NCBI GenBank assembly: GCA_005222965.1
Contig: NJBG01000001.1
Span: forward strand, 737,533-801,532
DNA: 64,000 bases
Source: Candidatus Woesearchaeota archaeon B3_Woes
GTDB lineage: Archaea; Nanobdellota; Nanobdellia; Woesearchaeales; B3-WOES
Direction of reading: 5' to 3'
Below, piece after piece: positions 27,698 through 39,200 of the stretch. Position 1 is the stretch's first letter. The number at the start of each line of letters is the position of its first letter. The notes beneath the pieces were generated by a model. It was not told where the DNA came from and ran no database searches. It saw only the letters and a program-made list of their open reading frames with translations. The position numbers and the translations under genes were made by a program.

Positions 27698-30600
27698 AAA
27701 ATTATTCAATACAATAAAAGCACAGGTAACTGCATTTATTCTAGTTGGAATACTAATAATAGCTATTGTATGGGGAGCATTATACATATCTGAATATTTT
27801 GCAAAAAAAGATATGGAAAAATTTGCACCAATCGGCCATCAACTAACACTAGAAAGCGATACCATAAAAGAAAACATAGACAATTGTATTCAGTCTCTAA
27901 CAGATAAAGGAATGCAGCTTATGTCTGATCAAGGACTATACTTAGAGATCCCTGAAGATTACAATTATGATGAAAATTATGCTTATTGGCTCAAAAACAC
28001 AATCAACATAATGCCAAGCAGTTTTGAAAAGATTGATCAGGATTTAGCATATTACATAAACTCAAATCTTCCAACTTGTGCAAACCTAGATGAATTTAAA
28101 GAAAATGGATGGGATATTTCTCAATTTTTACCATTTACAACAATTCAAATAAACAAAGAAGATATGAGCATAGAAGTTAGATATACAATTGATGTTAAAA
28201 AACAAGACTTTGAGAGACAATTCTCAAACTCTATCTATAATCCTAAAATAAGGTTTAGACAAATCTATGGTAAATCTGTTGATTTTATAAATACTCAATT
28301 ACTAAGACCAGATTTTGACTTTAATAACCCTCTTGAAAATTATGATGCTTCTCTCTATAAATTTGAATATGAAAGATTAGATAATCAAACACTATTGTTT
28401 TCTATAATAGATTCTCAAAGCAAGATTCTAGACGGAAAACCATTTACTCTAAAATTTGCAGCAGACTTTAGCATAAACAACATCTCAAGAATGTATGATG
28501 TTAGTAATAGTCATAAAACCAGAATTTTACTCTCACCAGACAGATTAGCTGTTTTAATTTTACAGCCAGGTATAGTCTCCTCTTCCGATAAAATAACAAT
28601 TAGTCAGTATAAAAAAGATTTTGTTGTTAGAGAACAAACACCACATATTGTAGTGAATGACAAAGTAACAGAATATGTTGATGCTACTTTCCCAACAAGA
28701 TACCCCATATATCAATTTAATCCACCTGGTACAAATTTCAGCACACCAGCCATATTAACTATTTTCCTTAACAAAGATCAACAAGACATACCAACAGAAT
28801 ACAGCTTATTGTACAACGGTCAGGATGGTTGGATTCCTTACCCTTATACTTTAGATAGAGATACTGGTGCAATTGGCACCATGGTTTTTGGATTTAGTGA
28901 TTGGACAGTAATCGCTTGTGAAGATCAAAATTCTGAGTCACATAGTGCAATAGCAGAAGAAGAAAGAAGCACATGGGCTTTTTTGACACCAATCCTAGCT
29001 GTAGCAGCAATTATAGTTTTAGCTTTAGTTACATTTGGAGCAGGAGGTATTTTTGGTGCAGGATTATTCGCAGGTGCTCAAACTGCTGGAGCAACATTAA
29101 CTATTTTAGGTATTAACACAGGGATAGCAGCATCAAGCTTGGCTACTGTAGGATTAACAATTAATGCTGCACTTGCATATGAAGCATATGGTATGGGAAC
29201 AGAAGAATGGAATTTAGGCGACAACAGATCAATAACCATCAAAGCAAAATGTAACACCAACATCACAGTTTTGTTAGAAGAGGAGGATGGAGAATGTGAA
29301 TGCTCTGTGTTCGAAACACCTACCCAAACACCAGCATATTCACCTAGTGGAGATATATATACTCTTGAAGGAGGTAAAATGTACACAGTGGCTGCTGTTT
29401 TAACAAACTTCACATGGCCCAATACTGAAGCTACATGTAAATGTACTGCAGAAGGATTAATAACAACAAACATGGCTTATAAGCCACCAGAACCCCCACC
29501 ACCCCCTCCCCCACCACAGCTTGTTTGTTGTATAACTTATGATGGATATTGTCTTGATAACTATTTAGATGAAGAATGTAATGGAAATAAAACACAAAGA
29601 ACATGCTTAGAACTAACAGAATGTTCTGGTGAACATCCTTTATCAGGAGAAGGCAACCTAAACATACAATCATTAGAAGGAGACCCACAAGGATTTGGAA
29701 AAGAAGGAGATTCTTTCTTAATATCTTATTACATTCAAAGCGCATCAGAAAATACACTAGTTATAGCGCACATAAAAAAAGATGAAACAGTAATTGACTC
29801 AATAACATTATACGATGACGGAGCTCATGATGATGAAACTGCTAATGATAAATACTACGCCAACACATGGCGTAGTAGAAATACTCTAGGAAATCAAAAC
29901 TCAGCAGAACTTACATGGGATGTTGAAGTTAGATACGGAAATATAAGAACAGAAATAAACAAAGATGTAGATTCAATAACATTAATTGATGCCAATTCTG
30001 ATTGTGAATCAATGAATACTTTTTCACCTGAAAATTCATTAGATATAATTTTAGCAGGAAATTATTACAACAATATGGATGAATTTTCCCCAGATCTAGA
30101 ATCATCAGCATCAAAAATAATTAGAACAAGCGCATTCTCACAATATCATTCAGAACATGGAATAAATTTCTTTAAAATAAAAGAATTATTCTCTACATCT
30201 AGTCTATCACAAATAAAATCACAAGCAATTAGCAAATGTGATTATAGTGATTCACCTAAAAAATTAATAATATCATTAAATAATGATGCAACAATATGCA
30301 AACAAGAACCCAATATTGTTGAATTAAATCCTTTATTTGCATTTAAATCTGGAATACCAAATGTAAATTCAGTACTACAAGATTTCTGCGGTCAGGTAAA
30401 TGAATTAAATTTAATGAATCCACCAGAAGCAGAAATAATAACTGAAAATATTGTAACAATACCAGGAGATGTAGAGGTTGAGTTTAAAATAACAGATGAA
30501 GAATATCCAGTCAATTATGAATTATTGTGGAATTATATACCTAGAAAAAGTGGCCAAGTACACGACGATTCTCCAAAAACACACACGATATTAAATCTAC

Positions 30601-30971
30601 CAAATGGAGATTGGATAGTGCAAATAAAAGCAATAGATCAAAGAGGAAGTGTTGGTTATTCAGAAGTTTTATCTATAACAATAAATGATACAATGGTAAT
30701 GGATCTATCATCAATATCTCCTTTAGAAATTCCTTCAGGAGGCTTAGAACCACTAGATCTTAATGATGCTGTCTATGATCCAGCAAACGATCCAATAACA
30801 GCATGGACATATTCCCCAGCATTTTCAGAATGTGTTAGCATTAGTGAAAGTGGTGGCCAATTCACAATAACACACATAAAAGATTCAAGCTGTAGCCTGA
30901 CAGTTACATTTGAAGCAATAGGAACAAACAACAGGAGAGTATCAGACTCAATAGAGATAAGAGCAGGATAA
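27678..30971 (+). CDS. Tandem paralog large surface protein with class III signal peptide
   Basis: KAQ-VTAFILVGILIIAIVW; colinear with the previous gene; polyproline linker. Confidence 0.85.
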   Translation: MEEKLNKKLFNTIKAQVTAFILVGILIIAIVWGALYISEYFAKKDMEKFAPIGHQLTLESDTIKENIDNCIQSLTDKGMQLMSDQGLYLEIPEDYNYDENYAYWLKNTINIMPSSFEKIDQDLAYYINSNLPTCANLDEFKENGWDISQFLPFTTIQINKEDMSIEVRYTIDVKKQDFERQFSNSIYNPKIRFRQIYGKSVDFINTQLLRPDFDFNNPLENYDASLYKFEYERLDNQTLLFSIIDSQSKILDGKPFTLKFAADFSINNISRMYDVSNSHKTRILLSPDRLAVLILQPGIVSSSDKITISQYKKDFVVREQTPHIVVNDKVTEYVDATFPTRYPIYQFNPPGTNFSTPAILTIFLNKDQQDIPTEYSLLYNGQDGWIPYPYTLDRDTGAIGTMVFGFSDWTVIACEDQNSESHSAIAEEERSTWAFLTPILAVAAIIVLALVTFGAGGIFGAGLFAGAQTAGATLTILGINTGIAASSLATVGLTINAALAYEAYGMGTEEWNLGDNRSITIKAKCNTNITVLLEEEDGECECSVFETPTQTPAYSPSGDIYTLEGGKMYTVAAVLTNFTWPNTEATCKCTAEGLITTNMAYKPPEPPPPPPPPQLVCCITYDGYCLDNYLDEECNGNKTQRTCLELTECSGEHPLSGEGNLNIQSLEGDPQGFGKEGDSFLISYYIQSASENTLVIAHIKKDETVIDSITLYDDGAHDDETANDKYYANTWRSRNTLGNQNSAELTWDVEVRYGNIRTEINKDVDSITLIDANSDCESMNTFSPENSLDIILAGNYYNNMDEFSPDLESSASKIIRTSAFSQYHSEHGINFFKIKELFSTSSLSQIKSQAISKCDYSDSPKKLIISLNNDATICKQEPNIVELNPLFAFKSGIPNVNSVLQDFCGQVNELNLMNPPEAEIITENIVTIPGDVEVEFKITDEEYPVNYELLWNYIPRKSGQVHDDSPKTHTILNLPNGDWIVQIKAIDQRGSVGYSEVLSITINDTMVMDLSSISPLEIPSGGLEPLDLNDAVYDPANDPITAWTYSPAFSECVSISESGGQFTITHIKDSSCSLTVTFEAIGTNNRRVSDSIEIRAG

Positions 30972-30996
30972 AAAAGAGGTAATACCAAAATCCAAA

Positions 30997-32331
30997 ATGA
31001 ATAAAAAAGAGCTTGAATTTATTTTACAGGAAGGTGAAGGATATAATATAGAGTTTAAAGAATCTTATTCAGATTCAATAGCCAGGGAAATTTGTGCCTT
31101 TGTAAATGCCAATGGCGGCAAAATCTTGCTGGGTGTAAGTGATACAGGCGAAGTAAAGGGTATTCAGATAACGAATAAATTGAAATCACAAATTTATGAT
31201 TTAACAAGAAATTTTGATCCTAAACTTGACATCTTTTTAGAAGAGATAGACAATATTTTAATAATTAATGTTCCAGAAGGAATAAAAAAGCCTTATTCTA
31301 CAAAAGGAAAGTTCTTTATAAGATATGGAACAAATTCACAGCAGCTTACAAGAAATGAGATAAGAGAATTCTTCCAGAAAGAAGGGTTAATCTTGTGGGA
31401 CGAAAAGCTAAATCATGATTTTGATTTGGAAGAGGATTTTGACAAACATAAATTTAAAACTTTTTTGGAAAAATCAAAAATAAGCCAGATAATTGGCAAA
31501 AAAGAAATTTTAGAAAACTTATCTCTTGTAAAAGAAGAATATATCAAAAATGCTGGGGTTTTGTTGTTTTGCCATAGAATAACAAAATTCTTTACTAATG
31601 CTACAATAACCTGTGTTCTGTATCAGGGAAAAACAAAGTATAAAATCCTTGACAGAAAAGAGTTTAATGCAGATTTGTATTCTAATTTTCAAAATGGTTT
31701 TCTTTACCTGCAATCTCATCTGAATACAGAGTTTATAATAAAAGCAGGACCAAGGGAAGAGAGATTAGAATTGCCAGAAGAAGCACTTAGAGAGGCTTTA
31801 TTAAATGCAATAGCCCATAGGGATTATTTTATTGCTGGGGCTAATATTCTCGTTGAAATCTTTTCTGATAGGGTTGAAATAACCAATCCAGGAGGATTAG
31901 TGAAAGGAATCACAAAAAAAGATTTAGGTAAAAAGAGCTTGTCAAGAAATAATCTTTTGTTTGGCTTGCTTCAGAGAATGGGTTTGGTTGAAAAGGTTGG
32001 TTCTGGTATTAAAAGAATGGAAAATTCAATGAAAAATTATAAATTAGATTTGAGATTTGAAATTGATGAAAATTGGTTTACTCTTATTTTCAAAAGATTA
32101 GAAAAGGTGGGAGAAAAGGTGGGAGAAAAGGTGGGAGAAAAGCTTACAAAAAATCAGGAGATAATCCTAAGGCATATAAAAATTAATAAATATGTATCCA
32201 TTGCAAAATTATCTAAAAAAGTAGGCATAGCTACAAAGAATATTGAAACCAATATTAAAAAACTCAAAGAAAAAAATGTTCTTAAAAGAGTTGGTCCAGA
32301 CAAAGGAGGGTACTGGGAAATTATAAAATAA
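30997..32331 (+). CDS. Schlafen/AlbA_2 + HATPase_c_4 + wHTH protein
   Basis: GEGYNIEFKES, AFVNANGG, REALLNAIAHRDY, NPGG, RVGPDKGGYWEI. Confidence 0.9.
   Translation: MNKKELEFILQEGEGYNIEFKESYSDSIAREICAFVNANGGKILLGVSDTGEVKGIQITNKLKSQIYDLTRNFDPKLDIFLEEIDNILIINVPEGIKKPYSTKGKFFIRYGTNSQQLTRNEIREFFQKEGLILWDEKLNHDFDLEEDFDKHKFKTFLEKSKISQIIGKKEILENLSLVKEEYIKNAGVLLFCHRITKFFTNATITCVLYQGKTKYKILDRKEFNADLYSNFQNGFLYLQSHLNTEFIIKAGPREERLELPEEALREALLNAIAHRDYFIAGANILVEIFSDRVEITNPGGLVKGITKKDLGKKSLSRNNLLFGLLQRMGLVEKVGSGIKRMENSMKNYKLDLRFEIDENWFTLIFKRLEKVGEKVGEKVGEKLTKNQEIILRHIKINKYVSIAKLSKKVGIATKNIETNIKKLKEKNVLKRVGPDKGGYWEIIK
32101..32142 (+). repeat. 12-bp in-frame tandem repeat (EKVG)
   Basis: GAAAAGGTGGGA x3.5. 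Confidence 0.95.
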
Positions 32332-32393
32332 AAGAATATATTAGAGGAGAACCTGATAAAATAAAAGGTTAATGATAAAAAAAGAGGTGAAAT

Positions 32394-33569
32394 ATGGTTA
32401 ATCAACAACTGATTAATTACATAAAAAAACAAATCAAAGCAGGTTACGATGTAAACACCATAAAGTCTTATCTAACTAAACACGGCTATAAACCTCAAAA
32501 TGTTAATGATGCAATTAATTCAATATATTCTCCAGAAGTTAAGCATGTTGTCCATCATATTTCTAAAACTACAATCCTATCAATAGCAGCACTAAGTATA
32601 ATCATACTATTAATAGCATCAGGAATATACTTCTACCTAGCAAAACCAACTCAACAAGCACAACTTCTAGACCTAAGAACAAGCCTGCTAAAAGATAATC
32701 TAAATCAAGGAGACAAACTTGAATTTAATATTGAATTATCCAATCTAGGAAAAAGCAAAAGATACGACGTAATTCTAAAACACGAAATTGTAAACACAGA
32801 CATCTACAGCCAAGAAACAATAGCAGTTGAAACATCAACTTCAAAAACAAGCTATATTCAATTACCACCCGAATTAACTCCAAAAAGATACACTCTAAAA
32901 ACAATAGCTTCATACAGCAATAAAAAAGCATTTTCTACATTTACATTTAATGTTGTTAAAAAAGGAGAACAACCAAAAACAACAAAATGTATAGAAAACT
33001 GGGAATGTACACAATGGCAGCCAGAAGAATGCCCTAATAATGAACAACAAACAAGAACATGTAATGATCTAAACAACTGCCAAACAACATTATACAAACC
33101 AGAAACAACAAAATCATGTACAAAAATAATTGAACAAGAACCCAAACAACCAACAATAACTAAAAAACCATCAGATTTTTCTGGAAGAACAATATGGGAA
33201 AAACTGGATATAATAAAACAACTAGCTGGTTCAGATCCAAACCAGGCACTAAATGACTGCCCAACATTTGAAATAGACAGCCATAAAGACGAATGTTATT
33301 TTAACATAGCAGAAGTTACAAAATCAGATGTCATTTGTAAAAGAATAACAAGCGAAAGAACAAAAGATAAATGCTATAGCAATGTAGCAAAGCTAACTAG
33401 CGATAACACAATATGTGAAGAAATAATTAAACAAACAAGAAAAGATGCCTGTTATATGAATTTTGTAAATAAAGGAGATTACAGTATTTGTGACAAAATA
33501 GACAACTCATATCTAAAAGATGCTTGTGTAGCTCTAAGAGATACACCAGAGGGGATTCTAGTATCATAA
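32394..33569 (+). CDS. Single-pass membrane protein with Cys-rich extracellular repeats
   Basis: TM segment; CIENWECTQW...RTCNDLNNC; repeated C..I.....KD.CY. Confidence 0.8.
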   Translation: MVNQQLINYIKKQIKAGYDVNTIKSYLTKHGYKPQNVNDAINSIYSPEVKHVVHHISKTTILSIAALSIIILLIASGIYFYLAKPTQQAQLLDLRTSLLKDNLNQGDKLEFNIELSNLGKSKRYDVILKHEIVNTDIYSQETIAVETSTSKTSYIQLPPELTPKRYTLKTIASYSNKKAFSTFTFNVVKKGEQPKTTKCIENWECTQWQPEECPNNEQQTRTCNDLNNCQTTLYKPETTKSCTKIIEQEPKQPTITKKPSDFSGRTIWEKLDIIKQLAGSDPNQALNDCPTFEIDSHKDECYFNIAEVTKSDVICKRITSERTKDKCYSNVAKLTSDNTICEEIIKQTRKDACYMNFVNKGDYSICDKIDNSYLKDACVALRDTPEGILVS

Positions 33570-33592
33570 TTTATGCTAAAAATAGCATAAAT
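33569..33592. terminator. Perfect 10-bp inverted repeat at gene end (terminator or operator)
   Basis: ATTTATGCTA-AAAA-TAGCATAAAT. Confidence 0.45.
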
Positions 33593-33737
33593 AAAGACAT
33601 TTACATATAAAAAACACAATTTATTGAATATTTATACATTAAAGAGTATAAATAAAGCATACATAAAGTACAAAAATCTACAAAAACAATAGAAAACTTT
33701 ATATAATTGTACATTAATAAGTACAAATATAGTCAAA

Positions 33738-33902
33738 ATGAGTGTACAGATCAGAATTACAGTAAGTAAAGAGATGGACGAACTTCTTTCACAATTAGCT
33801 AAAAAACTCGGCAAGAAAAAATCAATGCTAGCTAGAGAACTAATGGAACAGAAGTTATACGACTTAGAAATTATTCAGAAAAAGCTTACAGAATTAAAAT
33901 GA
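33738..33902 (+). CDS. Ribbon-helix-helix (CopG-like) regulator, 54 aa
   Basis: Manual translation MSVQIRITVSKEMDELLSQLAKKLGKKKSMLARELME...; ATGA overlap with next gene. Confidence 0.8.
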   Translation: MSVQIRITVSKEMDELLSQLAKKLGKKKSMLARELMEQKLYDLEIIQKKLTELK

Positions 33903-36241
33903 AAAACAAAAAAGCTCAAATAACAATGTTTATCATTATTGGTATAGTCATTTTAATAGTGGCTGGAATTTTTATTTCTATTAGGTCTACGCAGCAACCA
34001 CCCCCTGAAAAAATAATGAAACAATTAGCAGAAATGCCTGTAGAATTTCAGCCACTTAATGATTTTGTTGAATCTTGCATATCCAAAACAGCAAAAGAAG
34101 GAATAAAAAAAATAGGTTTCCATGGAGGATATATTGATCCTGCTAAATATGGACTAAGAGCAAATGCAGTTAACCCAACAGAAAGCAATTCCTTCTTATT
34201 TAATCCAGAAGATCCGCAAAGCACTATTCCATATTGGTATTACTTTAAAAGTGATAATGAATGTGAAGAAGGGTGTAGTTGTGGTTCTGAACAACCAAGA
34301 CTCCATAAAAAACAAGGAGACCCTAATATTGAAAAACAATTAGAAGGTTATATTGATGATGCTCTTGATTTCTGTCTAAACAACTTCCAGGAATTCAAAT
34401 CACAAGGTTTTGAAATAACAACAGGAAAACCAAAAACAACAGTTACAATAAGAGACAACGATGTTTTAGTATATACTAAATATAAATTAGAAGCTCAAAA
34501 AGGCACTGCAAGATTTGAAATCAATGAATTTATTAAGATAATCCCACTTGAACTAAAAAAAATATATGAGTTAGCAGAGTCAATAAAAACCCTTGAAACA
34601 AATTTAACATATCTAGAAAAGTGGACAATAGAACAATTAGCTAGTTTTGGACTAGGGCTTAATAAAAACAGATTGCCCCCTATAGCAGATTCTGAATTAT
34701 CTCCAGCAAAAAAACCAGTTTACTGGATAAAACAAAAAGTAAAAGACGATATAACAAATAATATGCTGCCACTATATACCCCTTTTTTAAGCATATTTAA
34801 TACAAGAAACTATAATTACGATTTGATAGGAACATTTTATGAAAGAGCATCGCTGCCTATCATAAGCCCATCTGGCTATAGCTATAATAACCTAGATGTA
34901 ACTTTTAACTACTTTAATTGGTGGCCTATATACCTTGACATAACAGGAAGAGGTGTAAGTGGTCAAATTATAGGACCAGAACAAGCATCATCATCATTCT
35001 TCAGTTTTATAAACATAAAAAGATATAACTTTTATTATGACTTAAGTTACCCTGTTTTAGTTGATATTTATAGTCCAGAAGCATTTAATGGTGAAGGACT
35101 CCACTTTTACATAGGTTTCGAAGCAAATGTAAGAGACAATAATCCTTTAAAATGTGAAGGATCAGGATTAACAGAATATGCACCTGCTTTTGGTTCTCTA
35201 TTCTGCAATATTAATCAAAGATGCTCTAACATAACAATAGAAACAATAGATGGAAAAACAAATAAACCATTAAGCGATGTTTCTATTTATTATTCTACTG
35301 GAACAGAAAGTTGTGATCAAGGATTTACAGAAATTCAAAATAATAAAGCACTACTAAAAACCCAACTACCTCAATGTGTAGGCACCGCCTGTTCACTAAA
35401 TGCAGTAAAACAAAATTATTGGCACTATCCAAAAACCTATGCAGTTAGATGTGATAAGACAGGAGGAGTATGCCAAAATGAAGATGTTTTATGCAATGGA
35501 GAATCTCTAAAAATCAAAATGGAACCCTATAGAAACAATAACATAGTCATTGTGAAAAAGAGAATGATAAAACAAGGTAAAAAAGACTGGATTTTTGACA
35601 ACAATCCTCAAAAACTATTAGACAATGAATATGCTTTTATAAGTCTTGAAAAAATAAAAGATCATCCAACTGAAGAAGATTTAGTTCTTGCAGGTACTTT
35701 CTATGGTAATAAAACATCAATGAAACTATACCCTGGGTTAGTTCCTGGAAATTATAAATTAGACATTCATTTGTTTTATGGGCTTCCTGATTATAAAGGA
35801 AGAAAAGAAATACTATTCAGAGAAGTTGAAGAATGTGATGAAGCAACTGTTAGCGATCTTCTAGCAGCCGCAGCAACAGGCGCAGTAACAGGAGCAATAG
35901 CTACAGCACCAGCAGGAGGAATAGCAGCACCAGTTGGAGCAGGAATAGGAGCAGCAGTTTCAGTAGTTTCTACACTTGTACTATCAGAAAAAGGATGCGT
36001 TACAATACCTTCCTACACATTCAATGACACATTTGTTGAAGGGGGATTTTCAGCCAACATAACTCTGACAAAAGAAATGCTTGATAATGACAATTTAATA
36101 TTTTATACATTGAGTGTTCCAGATTTTGATTCATCATATAATATATTAGATATATATGATCTGGAAGAATTAGGTAAAATAGATGAATACTCAAAACAAT
36201 ATAAAGTTCCACTAAAACCAACAACAAGCGAAAATGAATAA
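33899..36241 (+). CDS. Large pilin-like surface protein (class III signal)
   Basis: MKNKKAQ-ITMFIIIGIVILIV; Cys-rich; late Gly/Ala-rich hydrophobic segment. Confidence 0.8.
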   Translation: MKNKKAQITMFIIIGIVILIVAGIFISIRSTQQPPPEKIMKQLAEMPVEFQPLNDFVESCISKTAKEGIKKIGFHGGYIDPAKYGLRANAVNPTESNSFLFNPEDPQSTIPYWYYFKSDNECEEGCSCGSEQPRLHKKQGDPNIEKQLEGYIDDALDFCLNNFQEFKSQGFEITTGKPKTTVTIRDNDVLVYTKYKLEAQKGTARFEINEFIKIIPLELKKIYELAESIKTLETNLTYLEKWTIEQLASFGLGLNKNRLPPIADSELSPAKKPVYWIKQKVKDDITNNMLPLYTPFLSIFNTRNYNYDLIGTFYERASLPIISPSGYSYNNLDVTFNYFNWWPIYLDITGRGVSGQIIGPEQASSSFFSFINIKRYNFYYDLSYPVLVDIYSPEAFNGEGLHFYIGFEANVRDNNPLKCEGSGLTEYAPAFGSLFCNINQRCSNITIETIDGKTNKPLSDVSIYYSTGTESCDQGFTEIQNNKALLKTQLPQCVGTACSLNAVKQNYWHYPKTYAVRCDKTGGVCQNEDVLCNGESLKIKMEPYRNNNIVIVKKRMIKQGKKDWIFDNNPQKLLDNEYAFISLEKIKDHPTEEDLVLAGTFYGNKTSMKLYPGLVPGNYKLDIHLFYGLPDYKGRKEILFREVEECDEATVSDLLAAAATGAVTGAIATAPAGGIAAPVGAGIGAAVSVVSTLVLSEKGCVTIPSYTFNDTFVEGGFSANITLTKEMLDNDNLIFYTLSVPDFDSSYNILDIYDLEELGKIDEYSKQYKVPLKPTTSENE

Positions 36242-39200
36242 TAAACAACTACAACCAATAGCAATGTTCATGATTTGTCTAATCATAACTCTGCCAATCT
36301 ATGTAAGTAGTGTTTACGCTGATATAAATAATGTAAGGGCCTATGGAGAAAATGGTATTGATAATTTTATAAAACAACAGTATGATCTAACAATTGAAGC
36401 GGGAATTACAGGAGATACAACATCAAATAAAATAAAATTAACACACTCTTCAGGATTAGCAACTAATTTTGATAGTTGTAGTGGAACTGGAAATGATAGT
36501 TCATTATGTAGTGTTAATCTTGTTTACGGTCAAAATAGCGCAGTAGAACTATGCCCTTCTTCAACATTCAGCATAGAACAATTTGAATCAGTTCCTGGAA
36601 ACCTAATTGATTCTAAAACTATCAAAATAAAATGTGATGCAAAACCACCTATCTCAACTATATCGGTCTCACCAGAATCATCAACAGGAGAAGATGTTAC
36701 ATTAACTTATAATATAATAGATCCAAGAGATGCTATAACAGAATGCTCTGGTATTGATAAAATAGAATTTTATCTTAACAACCTAAATAGTCCAGCAACA
36801 ATAGAAACCAATTCATCAACCTGTACCTATTCAGGTAGCACAACTATAAGTGCCTCTTCTTATAATGATGGAGAAGTTGTTGTTTTCCTAAAAGCATATG
36901 ACAAACTAGGCCAAAGCAGTGTTACTAATACATCATTCTATGTAGATAAATCAGGACCAGATGGAGAAGCAACAGTAGAATTAACAGATTTGCACGGAAC
37001 CCCTATAGAATATTTCCAACCTCAAACAGTACTGGCAAATGTTGTTTTAACTATATCTGATTTAACAGGAATATCTACTTATGAGCTGGATTATTCACAA
37101 TTAACATCAGCATCACCTCATTGCGGATATCAGGGTCGTGATATTGTATGCAGCTGGAGCAGCATCCAGATAAATATGAACGAACCTTCATTTACAAGAA
37201 CAATTAAACTAGATGCTGATGATGATTTAGGCAATACAGCTTCAAGAGATATACTTGTACAAGGCGTTCTTATTCAAGACTCAACCCCCCCTTTAATCAT
37301 TATGAGTGATATAACAATAGATACAATAGATGGAAGTACAATAGATTGGTTTAAGCCAGGACAAATGAAAATGAGTTTTAATGCTGAAGTATCAGAGGAT
37401 ATTTCAGGTATTAAATCTATATCACCAGATTTGTCAAACATAGATGTCATAAGAGGAAAAACACCAGTATGTGCAGGAAATGAAAAAAGATATACTTGTT
37501 CATGGTCTAGTGTAATATTTAATATGGATACAGCCAGCTTTAGCCAGGAAATAAAAATTATCGCTAAAGATTATGCAGGCAATGAAAAAATAGAATCAAA
37601 AACAGCTTCAGCTAATTATAGAGCAGATAATATTCCTCCTTCAATTAGTAATTTTGAGATTGTTGATTCTTATGGAACAGAAATAACAGATTGGATAGGA
37701 GATGAACAAGTTCCAGCAAAAATATATGTTGATGTGACTGAAAAAGGTTCAGGATTAAACACAATTAAAGGAAATTTCAGAAGCATAAATCCTGCATATC
37801 CAAGACCAATTGAAGGAGATTGTATACAATTATCTGGACCATCTCAACAACAAACCCTTTATCAGGAAGTTGGTGAAGATGGTTTACCTGAATATGAATA
37901 TCAATGTGAATGGGATGTTATTATGGACTTTGATACAAGCGGCAATCCTCTAACTGCTCAATTCAAATTTAATGCAACAGACAATTCACTAAATCCTTCA
38001 ACACCATCTTTCACTAAAGACTTTAAAGTTGATATAGATGGTCCTGTTGCAACAAATCTAAGAACAGATAATATATTTGGTGGTGTTTATTATGTCGGAA
38101 AAGATTCAAACAAATTCATAAGCAGAATAGCTGATTCTGGAATTGGTTTAGTTAAATCAAAAGTTTATCTGGATCTATCCAGCCTGGGTCTTAGGGGTCT
38201 TAAACAAGCTGATAATTGTTCTGGTGATTATTGTTACTGGGAAATTCCAGATACAATATCTACTAGTGAAGGAAGCCATGATATATCTATTAGCACAAAA
38301 ACAACAGATAATATAGGAAACAGCATAGAAGATAAATTTGAATTAGAAGTAGTAGTAGATACAACACCCCCTGTTGTAGATTATGTAGAAATAACCCCTG
38401 CTAAAGCATCAAAAGAAGTATTTAGAGATTTAATACAAATAGGAAATGCTCTTTCTATTGTTGCCAATATAACAGAAGCAAATTCTTTATTTAGTGCAAC
38501 AGCAGATTTATCAAGCTTTATATCAGATGAAACAGAGGATTTAGCAGATAACTGTGAAAGACAAATAAATGACCAAGGTAGAGAAACGGACAAGTGGATT
38601 TGTAAATGGGCAACTGATGAAATAGACATTACTGGATATAAAATAGATGATATATCTTTAACTTTTACAGATGTTGCTGGAAACACTGAAGTTTCCAGTC
38701 ATGAAATAGAAGTTTTAGAAGAAATAGAAGAAGAAGTTGATTACTGGAAAAATTCAGTTAGAGATGGTTCACCAAACGCAATTGACAAACAAATAATAAC
38801 TAGGTATCAACCTTCTATGGTATTCCCAGTAGATTTAAATAAAAAAAGAAGCAGTGATGTTATTTGGCCTATAGATGTTTTTGTTGATAATTGTTTAACT
38901 ACTGTAACAGACTCAGCTGGAACACCAACTATAACTTATTTATCCTCTGATGCTGGAAATTTACCTGTTCTTGTTGACCACAATACAGATTCATCAACAG
39001 GTCTCCCTTATAATATATATCTAAACTATATATTAGACCAAGCCTCTCCACCAGACAACTCAATTGACATAACATGCCAATTAAAAATAAGAACACTAGT
39101 TGATAAAACCAAAATAAGCCCTTATGAATATGAGAACATTACAGTAACAATTGATTATTATAACAATCCCCTTGGAGAAATGTCATCAGACATCCAAGAA

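Noticed and set aside
24596..30971. Paralog similarity as a diversity-generating retroelement TR/VR pair
   Set aside because: No reverse transcriptase in the window; differences are not adenine-specific and span whole genes
32101..32142. 12-bp repeat as a phase-variation switch
   Set aside because: The unit is in frame, and such linker repeats are common in this protein family
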